A stretch of 64,000 bases of DNA from an uncultured bacterium (lineage in GTDB: Bacteria; Fidelibacterota; Marinisomatia; Marinisomatales; JACNKV01), in assembly GCA_964388155.1 (NCBI GenBank), contig CAYLYH010000003.1, positions 24,268-88,267 on the forward strand. The letters run 5' to 3'. The translations under genes and the position numbers were made by a program. Each line of letters begins with the position of its first letter. Position 1 is the first letter of the stretch. Shown here piece after piece: positions 53,063 through 63,040 of the stretch. The notes below the pieces were generated by a model. The model ran no database searches. It was not told the origin of the DNA and saw nothing but the letters and a program-made list of their open reading frames with translations.

Positions 53063-54993
53063 TACAGCGCCTCTTTCCATGCTTCTTTTGGTAATCGTTT
53101 TCCTGTTTTTTCCACCGGATCAATCCTTCCTTCTGCTTTTTGTCCGCTATCAACATTGGCATTATATTCTTCTACCGATTCTTTCATATCAATTTGTTGT
53201 CCGCCACCATATCCGCGATCGCCGGGCGGAAGATCCAAAACCCCGACCGGTTCGTACGTAAATACGGGATCCTCTTGTGACTCAGGCCAGCGCGCTAATG
53301 TACGGTTCAGCCAATTTGCATCGTCTCTTGCCGGGTAATCTTCGCGGGTATGTGCTCCTCTGGATTCAGTACGTCGCAACGCACCTTCGGCAATAAGCAA
53401 GGCTTGTTTTGCCATTCCCTCGATTCGAATCGCTTGTGATAGCTCAGGGTTCATTCCGGGAGCATCCGTTTTAACCTGTACGTTTTTAGTGCGCTTCACA
53501 ATCCCTCGTAAACCGTCCACGGCTTTTTCAAGTCCTTCACCTGTCCGGAAAATATGTACATACGTTTTTAACACGTCGGAAATTTCATCCCGAAGTTTAT
53601 ACGCATTTTCTCCATCGGTATTATTCAGCATTTTCGCAATTTTATCTTTTTCGATTTGTGCCGTATTTTCAGCCAAAGTAACATCTGCCATCAATTCCGC
53701 CTTGCTTGCAAAATCGGCAATTTTTTCTCCGACCACCATTCCGGCAACAACTGTTTCTGCCAATGAATTTCCGCCGAGGCGGTTAAATCCGTGCATATCC
53801 CAGCAAGCAACTTCACCCAGCGCAAACAATCCTTCCATGTTGTAGACCTGTCCGTCCTTGTTAACGCGGATACCACCCATGGAATAATGCTGTGTCGGGC
53901 GCACCGGAATCAATTCTTTAATTGGGTTTACTCCGATAAAGTACATGCAAATATCGTACACTTCACGGAGTTTTGTCGTGAGGTGTTCTTCTCCAAGATG
54001 ACGAAGATCCAGCCATAAATGTTCACCGTATGGAGATTTTACACCCTTACCCTTTAGCATGTGTTCTTTCATCCTTCTGGAGACTACATCTCGTGAAGCC
54101 AGTTCTTGTTTATCCGGTTCATAATCCGGCATAAAGCGATACTCGTCCACATCAAGCAAGAGTCCTCCATCACCGCGACAACCTTCTGTGACTAAAATAT
54201 CTGTCGGAACGATCCCGGTCGGATGGAACTGAACAGCTTCCATGTTCGCCAGTGGAACCACTCCGGTCTGCAGCGCCAGCCATGAACCGGTACCTTCGTT
54301 AATAACCGCGTTCGTGGATTCACCGTAAATCCGTCCGTATCCGCCGGTTGCAATGACGGTAGCTTTGGACATGTACGCCATTATTTCACCATCACGCAGC
54401 GAGCGAACCACCGCCCCCACGCACTTTCCGTCTTTATGAATGAGCCTGATAGCCTCCATACGGTCGTGAACTGTAATTCCGTGCTGAACAACTAAATTGT
54501 CCATAGCATACAGAACGGTATGCCCCGTTCCATCGGCTGTGTAGCATGTCCGCCATTTTGCGGTTCCACCAAAATCCCTGGCTGTAATCAAACCCTCTTT
54601 GGCGTCATCTTCGACGATTGTCGTTTTCTTTCCTTTGATATACACATCACGCGGGCCGCCTTCAACACGATTCCACGGTACGCCAAAATGTGCCATTTCG
54701 CGCATCGCAATCGGAGCATTGTCGGCAAAAATCCGTGCAACTTCCTGGTCGGCTCCCCAGTCAGAACCTTTGACGGTGTCCAGCCAATGAACGGTGGGGT
54801 TGTCGCCTTTTCCTTTCGCGGAATTTCCCAGGGACGCCTGCATTCCTCCCTGGGCGGCAGCAGAATGACTACGTCGGGGTGGAACCAGTGAAAGAATGAT
54901 AACATCTAAATCTTTTTCGGCTGAGGCAATCGCGGCGCGTTCGCCGGCTAATCCTGCACCAATAACTAATACATCTGTGGTAATCACTTTCAT
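53062..54993 (-). CDS. sdhA: Succinate dehydrogenase/fumarate reductase flavoprotein subunit
   Basis: Met44 of the listed ORF gives MKVITTDVLVIGAGLAGERAA (FAD dinucleotide fold), and its ATG overlaps the sdhC stop. HPTG and RGAHTRED motifs. Confidence 0.93.
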   Translation of the reverse strand: MKVITTDVLVIGAGLAGERAAIASAEKDLDVIILSLVPPRRSHSAAAQGGMQASLGNSAKGKGDNPTVHWLDTVKGSDWGADQEVARIFADNAPIAMREMAHFGVPWNRVEGGPRDVYIKGKKTTIVEDDAKEGLITARDFGGTAKWRTCYTADGTGHTVLYAMDNLVVQHGITVHDRMEAIRLIHKDGKCVGAVVRSLRDGEIMAYMSKATVIATGGYGRIYGESTNAVINEGTGSWLALQTGVVPLANMEAVQFHPTGIVPTDILVTEGCRGDGGLLLDVDEYRFMPDYEPDKQELASRDVVSRRMKEHMLKGKGVKSPYGEHLWLDLRHLGEEHLTTKLREVYDICMYFIGVNPIKELIPVRPTQHYSMGGIRVNKDGQVYNMEGLFALGEVACWDMHGFNRLGGNSLAETVVAGMVVGEKIADFASKAELMADVTLAENTAQIEKDKIAKMLNNTDGENAYKLRDEISDVLKTYVHIFRTGEGLEKAVDGLRGIVKRTKNVQVKTDAPGMNPELSQAIRIEGMAKQALLIAEGALRRTESRGAHTREDYPARDDANWLNRTLARWPESQEDPVFTYEPVGVLDLPPGDRGYGGGQQIDMKESVEEYNANVDSGQKAEGRIDPVEKTGKRLPKEAWKEAL

Positions 54994-55775
54994 GACAGCG
55001 CTCCTTCCCATGGACCGGCCAACCCGATGACGGCTGCCGCACCCAAGATGACATAAAACCAGAATAATAAATAGAAAAATGCTTTGGCGTAATTGCGAAC
55101 GAACCATGTGTCCGCCAGCCATTTGACGATGAGCCGGTATACCCCAATCGCCATGTGAGCAACGACCGCCAGCATTAATATTGCGTAAAGAATCCAGAGC
55201 CCGCTTTCAACGCGATTGGTTGCAACCTCGGCGGTGAGCCCAATCTCCTGTCCTTTCACGCCCATATCGGTAAAAATATTCCACATCACCAAAAAGAGGT
55301 GAAAGGCTCCGGTTGCCAAGACGATCATTCCCGTCCTCACCTGCCAAATCCACAGCGATGTTTCAAAATGGTTTCTGAGTTTGATGTCAGACTTTGGATC
55401 TTGATTCCATTGTTTTTTGGATTTTTTCAGCTTGAGCCCCAGTTCCATCATCCGTTTACGTTCATGGAGCTTTCCGGGTATTTTTCGACTTGCCCAAACA
55501 AAATGAACAAAAAATACAAACGTAATGATAAAAATAAGTGGCTGTGCCATCGGAACGGTATGCTCCATAAAGTGTGCGACGGCATCGTATACGTTTTTTC
55601 CAAACAGTATGGTGCTCTCGATCACGAGATGTCCCCAAATGAATAGAGCAAGAAACGCTCCGGTCAGCCCGCTGATCCACTCATTCCTGATGGCTTTTTT
55701 CGCTTTTTTATACGCTTCGCTGCTGCAACCGTGACGCGATTCTGCCTCAGGGTATAATTCTGTGTTTAAAGGCAT
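54990..55775 (-). CDS. sdhC: Succinate dehydrogenase/fumarate reductase cytochrome b subunit (5-TM b558 type)
   Basis: Five hydrophobic helices with conserved His residues. Sits at the head of sdhA-sdhB with overlapping junctions. Confidence 0.7.
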   Translation of the reverse strand: MPLNTELYPEAESRHGCSSEAYKKAKKAIRNEWISGLTGAFLALFIWGHLVIESTILFGKNVYDAVAHFMEHTVPMAQPLIFIITFVFFVHFVWASRKIPGKLHERKRMMELGLKLKKSKKQWNQDPKSDIKLRNHFETSLWIWQVRTGMIVLATGAFHLFLVMWNIFTDMGVKGQEIGLTAEVATNRVESGLWILYAILMLAVVAHMAIGVYRLIVKWLADTWFVRNYAKAFFYLLFWFYVILGAAAVIGLAGPWEGALS

Positions 55776-55895
55776 ATTGTATTCTCCTTAACCTTTGAAA
55801 AATGATGGTGGAAAATTACATACCTTTTTGTCTTCTTTACAGAGGAAAATATCTTTTTTTAGAGGAAAACTGTCTAACTGTTCGTATCGTTTCAG

Positions 55896-57194
55896 CTAAG
55901 CTCTCCGAATCCTAAATAAAAATTCACGCAGCGACACGCAGCTTTCGGCAAAATCTTTTTGCCGCCGCAGAGATGGAAGTCCGTGGGTGTTTATTTCATT
56001 GACATAGTCCTCAAGAAAAGATCGCTCATTTTTAATGTGGCGTGTTTCGCTGCGGTCATCCAACCCACTCATCGCTAAATCACAGATCTGTTCTAGTTCT
56101 TGTTTAAATGATATATTGCCAATGGCGTTTATATTTAGGTCCAGGCAGCTTGAAAGCTTGTGGAGTTTTTTTCGATCTTCAACCGTCCGTTTTTTCAGCA
56201 GAGCCATAACCTGTGTACGTGTTTTCTTTGCGGTTAGCAGTCCAAGCCAAAACGCTGCCGGTGCCATTTCAAATCCACTAGGAGGACGATCAGCTCCGCG
56301 AATTTCTATCACATTCTTAAACCTGACGTGAGTAAAAACCTGGTGAAGTGCCAGTAAAACATCTTGGTGTGTGAGGTTGCCGCTTTTCTTTTTATCTTGC
56401 AACCACTTTCCAAGTGTTCCTTCATAATTTATCGTATTCCCGGAGCCGTCTTTCACAAAAATTGCCGGGACATTTTGGAGGTATACGCTGAATTTATTCA
56501 AGAGGCCTTCGGGTTTTGAAATCTCATGATCAAGGAGATTTCCACAGCGACTTTTGTCAGTATCGCTCCATACATCAACTCTAGTGTTTTTTAATCCGAC
56601 AGGCTGCGAATTCATAAACGGGGTATTGGCAAACAGCACCGCACAAAATGGCTGAAGACAATCGGAAATATACGCCATTTCTTCAGCGTCTGCTTCTGAT
56701 ACGATGTCCAAATTCACCTGAACGCTGGTCGTGTTTTTCATCATCCATGCGCCGTGCTTTCCGGTGGAAAGAAACCGATCGTGCATCATGTGGTACTTTT
56801 TTATATCAATCAATTCGATCCCTTCCGGGGAACAAAGCGGTTCTATGGCTAAATCCGACTGGAAAAGTCCCTGCTCATCACAGACAGCTTCCACCCGACG
56901 AAGATGTGTTTGAAAATGATGGTTTAACTCGTGAAGTGTTTTTACCGGTGGTGAAGCCCACTCCAACTGTCCGCCGGGCTCCAGTGAATACCCCGATGGT
57001 ACGTTGTTGTGTTTTGAGCGACGTTTCATTTCCTCCAATAAATCTACCGCACTGAATTCATTACATGGGTTCGTCGGAATTCTAACCCCGGTATTATCAT
57101 AAAAAAAACACTCAACCTCTACACCGATGCGGCGATTTTCTTCAGGGTGTAAATTGGAAAGAATGACAGATTTTATGATTTCAGTCAGATTCAT
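55896..57194 (-). CDS. Glutamate--cysteine ligase family protein (plant/GCS2-like)
   Basis: RIGVEVECFF and SLEPGGQLEWASPP motifs; about 430 aa. Confidence 0.55.
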   Translation of the reverse strand: MNLTEIIKSVILSNLHPEENRRIGVEVECFFYDNTGVRIPTNPCNEFSAVDLLEEMKRRSKHNNVPSGYSLEPGGQLEWASPPVKTLHELNHHFQTHLRRVEAVCDEQGLFQSDLAIEPLCSPEGIELIDIKKYHMMHDRFLSTGKHGAWMMKNTTSVQVNLDIVSEADAEEMAYISDCLQPFCAVLFANTPFMNSQPVGLKNTRVDVWSDTDKSRCGNLLDHEISKPEGLLNKFSVYLQNVPAIFVKDGSGNTINYEGTLGKWLQDKKKSGNLTHQDVLLALHQVFTHVRFKNVIEIRGADRPPSGFEMAPAAFWLGLLTAKKTRTQVMALLKKRTVEDRKKLHKLSSCLDLNINAIGNISFKQELEQICDLAMSGLDDRSETRHIKNERSFLEDYVNEINTHGLPSLRRQKDFAESCVSLREFLFRIRRA

Positions 57195-57208
57195 AGGGGG
57201 TGATATTA

Positions 57209-57241
57209 CAAAAAAGGGGAGTGGTAAACTCCCCTTTTTTA
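57209..57241 (-). promoter_or_regulatory. Terminator-like hairpin 14 nt upstream of the ligase start codon (candidate attenuator)
   Basis: AAAAAAGGGGAG-tggtaaa-CTCCCCTTTTTT, inside a divergent intergenic region with no upstream gene to terminate on either strand. Confidence 0.35.
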
Positions 57242-57402
57242 CTGTTTAGGCGATATCAAAAATAATAGGGAATTATAAGTGTCGTTAATGAGTATATTGC
57301 TTTGTCGTCAATCAACTGACAGACTTTTCCGAAATTTCTCAATACTTGCACTTATATAACAATCAACGTTAGCTTTGCCCCGCCAATTACCGAAAGGCAA
57401 AC

Positions 57403-58209
57403 ATGAATGATATGCTAAACACCCCCTGGAGAAAAATGTCCACCGCTGTTTACGGGCCGCCGAACGAAGGAAAGATTTATGGAACCGCAGATATTGATGT
57501 CACAAACGCTGTAAATTTCATCCAAGACCATCGAGACGCCGGGCGTTATTTAACCATCACCCATCTCGCGGCGGCGGCTTTAGGACGTGCGTTGGGAGGT
57601 GATGTCCCTGAAGTTAATGTGTACTTGCGACGAGGAAAATTGATTCAGCGGCGTGATGTAATCGTTACCGTTGCTGTGAATATGGGAGAGGGCGGAGAAA
57701 TGGGAAGTGTTCGAATTCGCGGGGCTCACAAAAAATCTGTGTTTGATATTGCGGAAGAAATCATTGGTAAAGCTAAAACCAGCCGTAGTGGGACTGAAAA
57801 CCGTACCATGAAAAAGAAACACTCACTTTCTAAAATTCCATGGCCATTCAGACGCGGAGTGTTTCGCCTGCTGAGGTGGATAACCAATGAACTGGGGTTT
57901 GAATTAAAATCTCTGGGATTAACCCATGAGGCATTCGGGTCTGTACTTCTTTCAAATATTGGTTCCCATGGATTAACCACCGGTTTCGCTGCCTTGTTTC
58001 CTGCATCACGGCTTCCGGCTGTAATCACAATGGGGGAGATTGAAGACAGGCCGGTTGTTCGCGATGGTGAGATTGTCATTCGAAAAATGGTTACCTTCGC
58101 CGGTGTCTTCGATCACAGGATTATGGACGGTTTCCATGGTGGAAAACTGGCGTCCTCCGCGAAGAAATATCTTGAAAACCCGGTACTATTGGCGAAAACA
58201 ATAGACTAG
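57403..58209 (+). CDS. 2-oxoacid dehydrogenase E2 catalytic-domain protein (no lipoyl or E3-binding domains)
   Basis: C-terminal FDHRIMDGFHGGKL (DHRxxDG active site). Begins directly with the catalytic-domain pattern. Confidence 0.7.
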   Translation: MNDMLNTPWRKMSTAVYGPPNEGKIYGTADIDVTNAVNFIQDHRDAGRYLTITHLAAAALGRALGGDVPEVNVYLRRGKLIQRRDVIVTVAVNMGEGGEMGSVRIRGAHKKSVFDIAEEIIGKAKTSRSGTENRTMKKKHSLSKIPWPFRRGVFRLLRWITNELGFELKSLGLTHEAFGSVLLSNIGSHGLTTGFAALFPASRLPAVITMGEIEDRPVVRDGEIVIRKMVTFAGVFDHRIMDGFHGGKLASSAKKYLENPVLLAKTID

Positions 58210-58218
58210 TTTAGCGCC

Positions 58219-59625
58219 TTACTTTGATGGAGGTGGTGGCTTCTTCTTAAAATGAATAAAGCCAATTCCTCTCCAAAAAAGAAGGAGGAACACCCAGTAC
58301 GCGGTGATAAACCCAAGAGTAACCCAGTACCCCATCATTGACCCATTGAAGTGGAGAAAGGGAATATTAAGTGCATATAGCATGGGAAACCCAAGAAACA
58401 ACGAAATCCCGCTTCCATAAACGGCATCTTCCGCAACGGGGGTTCTAAACTCTGGATCTGTAATCCGTAGTAACACTAACGCGGAATTGATTGTACCTGT
58501 CATTTCTCCAAATAGTTCAATAAATCTTTCAAAGTGATAATCATCAAAGGCACGGTAACAGAGATAATACAACATTACCATCGTTGCCGGTCCGGCGAGT
58601 AATGTCATGATGAGAATTGGCAACCAATAGTAACCAATGACCGAAAGACTTATCCCCGCAATTGCGCCCACAACTAAATAATCTAAGAACAGCCCCATGC
58701 CGCGGGTCATCAGCCCCTCGTCAATCACGTAAGCTTTTCCTGTCCAGCCTAAGATATTTCGGATAAGAATAGCCAAGAGCAACCCAACCACAAAATGAAA
58801 CCCCCACAAGGTCGCTGTTAGTTCGCCCAATCCGTTATTTTCCATTAAGACCGCAAGATAACCGACAATTTTATAGGTTAATAAATATACAAACCCAATC
58901 GCAGCCAGATGGAATGCCATGGGTTCTATCGCTTCCGTTGTCAGGGGAAGCCTACCGGCTGACGGGCCTTCGCCTTTTTTGTGAACGCCACGACGAATGT
59001 TTTCATCAATGTGGTCCATTCCTTTTATCAAGGCTGTTTTTTTATTTCGAATTCCCCAATTAATAAGAGCGATTCCGGCAAAAAACGCATACATATATCC
59101 GACGGTGGCAAATGTAAGTCCCACTTGCGCTCCGTTTATAAAGCCGTATTTTTCCCAACTTCCGGCAATCGTGGCAGCTAATCCGGGACCCATTCCAAAT
59201 CCCAGCGGGAGGACAAGACCAATCCCTGTAAAAAGATCCGGTTTTATAGTGTAAAAAAGTAAGAGAGCAACACTAAGTCCAATAATCGCCTGAAGAAGAT
59301 ATGATGATAGGGCAGCCAGGCTTTTACTGAGCGGGCCTCGTCCCCATTTTGTTTTTTTCTGCCTTAATCCAAGGGCAATAAATGTAAGCGCTAAAAAGTG
59401 GTATACATAAAGAATGAGTCTGTCGGAATGCAGGTCTATCCACCCCATCCCCTGGGTGCCGACAAACAAGGCAATAAACCCTGCAATAAAGTTGTTTGGA
59501 ATTAAATATCTTTGGAAATATTTCACATAACGACGTAAAACCGTCCCAATTAATATAAAACTGCTAAGATACAGTAAGTCGAGGATAACGGTTTCAAGAT
59601 TGGCTTCAAGGCTCCATGGATTCAT
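58219..59625 (-). CDS. Sodium/glutamate symporter (GltS/ESS) family transporter
   Basis: Polytopic. N-terminal LIGTVLRRYVKYFQRYLIPNNFIAGFIAL resembles the GltS start. The assignment is tentative. Confidence 0.5.
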   Translation of the reverse strand: MNPWSLEANLETVILDLLYLSSFILIGTVLRRYVKYFQRYLIPNNFIAGFIALFVGTQGMGWIDLHSDRLILYVYHFLALTFIALGLRQKKTKWGRGPLSKSLAALSSYLLQAIIGLSVALLLFYTIKPDLFTGIGLVLPLGFGMGPGLAATIAGSWEKYGFINGAQVGLTFATVGYMYAFFAGIALINWGIRNKKTALIKGMDHIDENIRRGVHKKGEGPSAGRLPLTTEAIEPMAFHLAAIGFVYLLTYKIVGYLAVLMENNGLGELTATLWGFHFVVGLLLAILIRNILGWTGKAYVIDEGLMTRGMGLFLDYLVVGAIAGISLSVIGYYWLPILIMTLLAGPATMVMLYYLCYRAFDDYHFERFIELFGEMTGTINSALVLLRITDPEFRTPVAEDAVYGSGISLFLGFPMLYALNIPFLHFNGSMMGYWVTLGFITAYWVFLLLFWRGIGFIHFKKKPPPPSK

Positions 59626-59693
59626 TCTTCTCTCCGGTTAATTGTTCGGTTGGAATATAACCGTTTACAAACATGGATTCAAACTAAAACAAT

Positions 59694-59718
59694 AAAGGCG
59701 TTAAAACGCCTTTTTATT
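59694..59718. terminator. Rho-independent terminator after the HesB-like gene
   Basis: AAAGGCG-ttaaaa-CGCCTTT with T-rich flanks on both strands. Confidence 0.6.
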
Positions 59719-59729
59719 TGTTTTTTCTG

Positions 59730-60008
59730 TCAGCAACTATGGCCGGTATTAACAACCAATCCCTTACCGCGATAATCATCGATATAATCTACTTCTATCC
59801 CTTCGGTGTAATGACTATCTTGTTCACCGACCAATAGGCCCAACCCGTTAACCTGCACTGTTTTATCACCGTCTCTTAACTCATCCAGAGTCAACCCCAA
59901 ATTGGGACCACCTCATCCAAAACCTGCGATAAATATCCGTAAGGATTTTCCTTCGTTTTCCGATAATACTTTTATCAGTTCTTCTTTTGCTGTATCTGTT
60001 ATTTTCAC
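59730..60008 (-). CDS. IscA/HesB-like protein with an in-frame TGA at codon 32 (candidate selenoprotein; not in the ORF track)
   Basis: My translation: (GTG)MKITDTAKEELIKVLSENEGKSLRIFIAGFG-TGA-GGPNLGLTLDELRDGDKTVQVNGLGLLVGEQDSHYTEGIEVDYIDDYRGKGLVVNTGHSC-stop. The TGA is at 59913-59915. A single frame runs through both halves. Confidence 0.55.
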
Positions 60009-60154
60009 GGTGTTTCCAATCTTGTGTTCTTTAAGTTTGATTTACCAATTACAAATCGGTTACAAATTAATTATATTACTTTCTCTCCTTTTTATTAAAT
60101 AGTTAAATTTCATGCTGTATTTTACCATTAAAAAATTAAATAAAGGAAAAAATA

Positions 60155-62860
60155 ATGCAAAAACACGTTTACTTTTTTGGACACGGACACGCCGAAGGCC
60201 GTGCCGACATGAAAAACTTGCTCGGCGGAAAAGGTTCTAATCTGGCGGAAATGATCAATCTTGGAATTCCGGTTCCGCCGGGATTTACCATAACAACCGA
60301 TGTGTGTAATTATTATTATGAACACAATCTGAATTACCCCGAAGAACTTGCCCCTCAAATGAATGACGCACTAAAACAAACCGAAGCGATCATGGAAAAA
60401 GGGTTTGGTGACGCAGAAAACCCTCTCCTTTTCTCTGTCCGTTCGGGAGCGCGTCAATCCATGCCCGGAATGATGGAAACTGTTCTCAATATCGGGTTGA
60501 CATCCGAAACTATCCCGGGACTTATCGCAAAAACCGGGAATAAACGGTTTGTTTACGATTCTTACCGCCGACTGATTACAATGTATGCCGATGTTGTGAT
60601 GGAAAAAGCTGCAGGTGTTAAACCTAAAGACGGAATAGGTATTCGTCATCAGCTAGAAACCATCCTGGATGCGTTTAAAAAAGAAAAAGGTTGTTCGGAA
60701 GATACGGATCTGTCTGGAGATGACTGGCATATCGTTTCTGACCAGTTTAAAGCGAAAATTAAAGAACAGCTTGGCGAAGAGTTTCCTGATGATCCCCATG
60801 CCCAGCTTTGGGGTGGCGTAACCGCCGTGTTTAAAAGCTGGAATGGAAAGCGTGCCATCAACTACCGAAAGATCGAAAACATTCCGGAAGAATGGGGAAC
60901 CGCTGTCAATGTTCAGGCAATGGTTTTTGGAAACACAGGAAAAGGTTCTGCTACCGGTGTTGCTTTTACACGAAACCCCGCCACCGGAGAAAACGTATTT
61001 TACGGTGAATGGCTGCAAAACGCACAGGGTGAAGATGTGGTTGCCGGTCTGCGCACACCAAATCCGCTGAATGAATCCACAAAAACTGATGGTAATCAAG
61101 ATGTGTTGTCCCTTGAATCGTTTTTGCCTGAGGTTTACGAACAATTAGATGTTATTCGCTTAAAGCTTGAAAAACATTATACTGATATGCAGGATATTGA
61201 ATTTACCATCGAAGAAGGCCGCCTGTGGATGCTCCAGACCAGAAACGGAAAACGGAACGGCCCGGCAGCAATCAAAATAGCGGTGGATATGCTCCATGAA
61301 AACCTCATCGGTAAAGAAGAAGCAATTTTACGGGTCTCGCCTGATCAGATTGACGAGCTTCTTCATCCGATGGTAGACCCTCAGGCTGAAGCAGATGGCG
61401 AGCTGTTAGCCAAAGGATTGCCGGCTGGTCCGGGTGGCGCTACAGGACAAATCGTCTTTACTGCCGATGATGCCGAAATGTGGAAAAAAGAAGGGAAAAC
61501 CGTTGTGCTTGTCCGCGATGAAACCTCCCCGGAAGACGTGCATGGGATGCATGCCGCCGTTGCGATTCTCACGTCTAAGGGTGGCATGACAAGTCATGCT
61601 GCTTTAGTCGCCCGCGGTTGGGGAAAATGCTGTATCGTCGGCTGCAGTGCGTTGCAAATTAACAGTGATAAAAAAACACTCTCTGTTAACGGCGTTGAGC
61701 TTAAAGAAGGTGATCTGCTCACCCTGAATGGAACTACCGGAAAAGTATATAACGGTGAGCTGAATCTATTAGATGCAAACCCTGAATCAAACACTGAATA
61801 TGCAGAACTAATGACCTGGGCAGATGAAATTAGGACAATGAAGGTTCGCACAAATGCCGAACGCCCGGAAGACTCTGCGTTGGCTCGCAGTTTTGGTGCA
61901 CAGGGAATCGGTCTTTGCCGGACGGAACACATGTTCTTTGATCCGAAACGAATTTTAGCGGTACGAAAAATGATTCTTGCCGGAAGTGAAGAAGACCGCC
62001 GCTCAGCTGTGATGGAATTGCTTCCGTATCAGCGTGAGGATTTTCATGGGATTTTGGAAGCCATGCAGGATTTGCCGGTGACCATTCGCTTACTGGATCC
62101 TCCTTTGCATGAATTTATGCCACAAAACGATGCATCCATTAATGAACTTGCCGCTGAACTGAATATTTCCTCTGATGTAATTCGTGCGCGTATCGCAAAT
62201 CTGCATGAATTCAATCCAATGTTAGGTCACCGTGGTTGTCGCCTTGGAATTGCCTATCCTGAAATTACCGAAATGCAGTCACGGGCAATTTTTGAAGCAA
62301 CCGCTGCATTGACGAAAATGGGGGTAAATGTCTTCCCCGAAGTGATGATACCGCTGGTTGGAACCTATACGGAATATGAAAACCAGGAAGCGATTGTCAG
62401 AAAAATTGCGGATGCGGTCATAGAAGAAATCGGTGTTAATTTTGAATATTTGGTCGGAACAATGATTGAGCTTCCGCGTGCTGCCTTGACGGCTGACCAG
62501 ATTGCTCAAAAAGCTGAGTTCTTTAGCTTTGGCACCAACGACTTAACGCAAACCACATACGGCTTCAGTCGTGATGATATCGGTGGGTTCTTGCCGGATT
62601 ATCTTGAACAGAACATTCTTGCGCATGATCCTTTTCAAAGTTTGGACCAAACCGGTGTCGGTCAGTTGGTAGAAATGGGCGTTCAAAAAGGACGTAGTGT
62701 GAGAGAAAATCTGAAAATTGGAATTTGCGGCGAACACGGTGGTGACCCCTCCAGTATTGATTTTTGTCACCGCACCGGACTGGATTACGTCAGTTGTTCT
62801 CCTTTCCGTGTTCCGGTGGCTCGTTTAGCTGCAGCACACGCTACGCTGAAAAACAAATAG
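60155..62860 (+). CDS. ppdK: Pyruvate, phosphate dikinase
   Basis: LLGGKGSNLAEM, the phosphohistidine loop GGMTSHAALVARGWG, and the PEP-utilising C-terminal domain NDLTQ. Confidence 0.95.
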   Translation: MQKHVYFFGHGHAEGRADMKNLLGGKGSNLAEMINLGIPVPPGFTITTDVCNYYYEHNLNYPEELAPQMNDALKQTEAIMEKGFGDAENPLLFSVRSGARQSMPGMMETVLNIGLTSETIPGLIAKTGNKRFVYDSYRRLITMYADVVMEKAAGVKPKDGIGIRHQLETILDAFKKEKGCSEDTDLSGDDWHIVSDQFKAKIKEQLGEEFPDDPHAQLWGGVTAVFKSWNGKRAINYRKIENIPEEWGTAVNVQAMVFGNTGKGSATGVAFTRNPATGENVFYGEWLQNAQGEDVVAGLRTPNPLNESTKTDGNQDVLSLESFLPEVYEQLDVIRLKLEKHYTDMQDIEFTIEEGRLWMLQTRNGKRNGPAAIKIAVDMLHENLIGKEEAILRVSPDQIDELLHPMVDPQAEADGELLAKGLPAGPGGATGQIVFTADDAEMWKKEGKTVVLVRDETSPEDVHGMHAAVAILTSKGGMTSHAALVARGWGKCCIVGCSALQINSDKKTLSVNGVELKEGDLLTLNGTTGKVYNGELNLLDANPESNTEYAELMTWADEIRTMKVRTNAERPEDSALARSFGAQGIGLCRTEHMFFDPKRILAVRKMILAGSEEDRRSAVMELLPYQREDFHGILEAMQDLPVTIRLLDPPLHEFMPQNDASINELAAELNISSDVIRARIANLHEFNPMLGHRGCRLGIAYPEITEMQSRAIFEATAALTKMGVNVFPEVMIPLVGTYTEYENQEAIVRKIADAVIEEIGVNFEYLVGTMIELPRAALTADQIAQKAEFFSFGTNDLTQTTYGFSRDDIGGFLPDYLEQNILAHDPFQSLDQTGVGQLVEMGVQKGRSVRENLKIGICGEHGGDPSSIDFCHRTGLDYVSCSPFRVPVARLAAAHATLKNK

Positions 62861-62994
62861 TTATTTACTTCTTGTCATTGCCTGCCCGCCGTTTTACTCT
62901 GGTAGGCGGGCGAATGCAGCGAGGAAATCGACCTCTATTGGTGATGTTTTGTCACGTTGCACGAACCAATGACGGAATCTATAGCTTCGTAAAT

Positions 62995-63025
62995 AAAAAA
63001 GGCAGGATGTGTCCTGCCTTTTTTC
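62995..63025. terminator. Bidirectional rho-independent terminator between ppdK and the cytochrome gene
   Basis: AAAAAAGGCAGGA-tgtg-TCCTGCCTTTTTT. Confidence 0.7.
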
Positions 63026-63040
63026 ATATCTCGTTATTGT

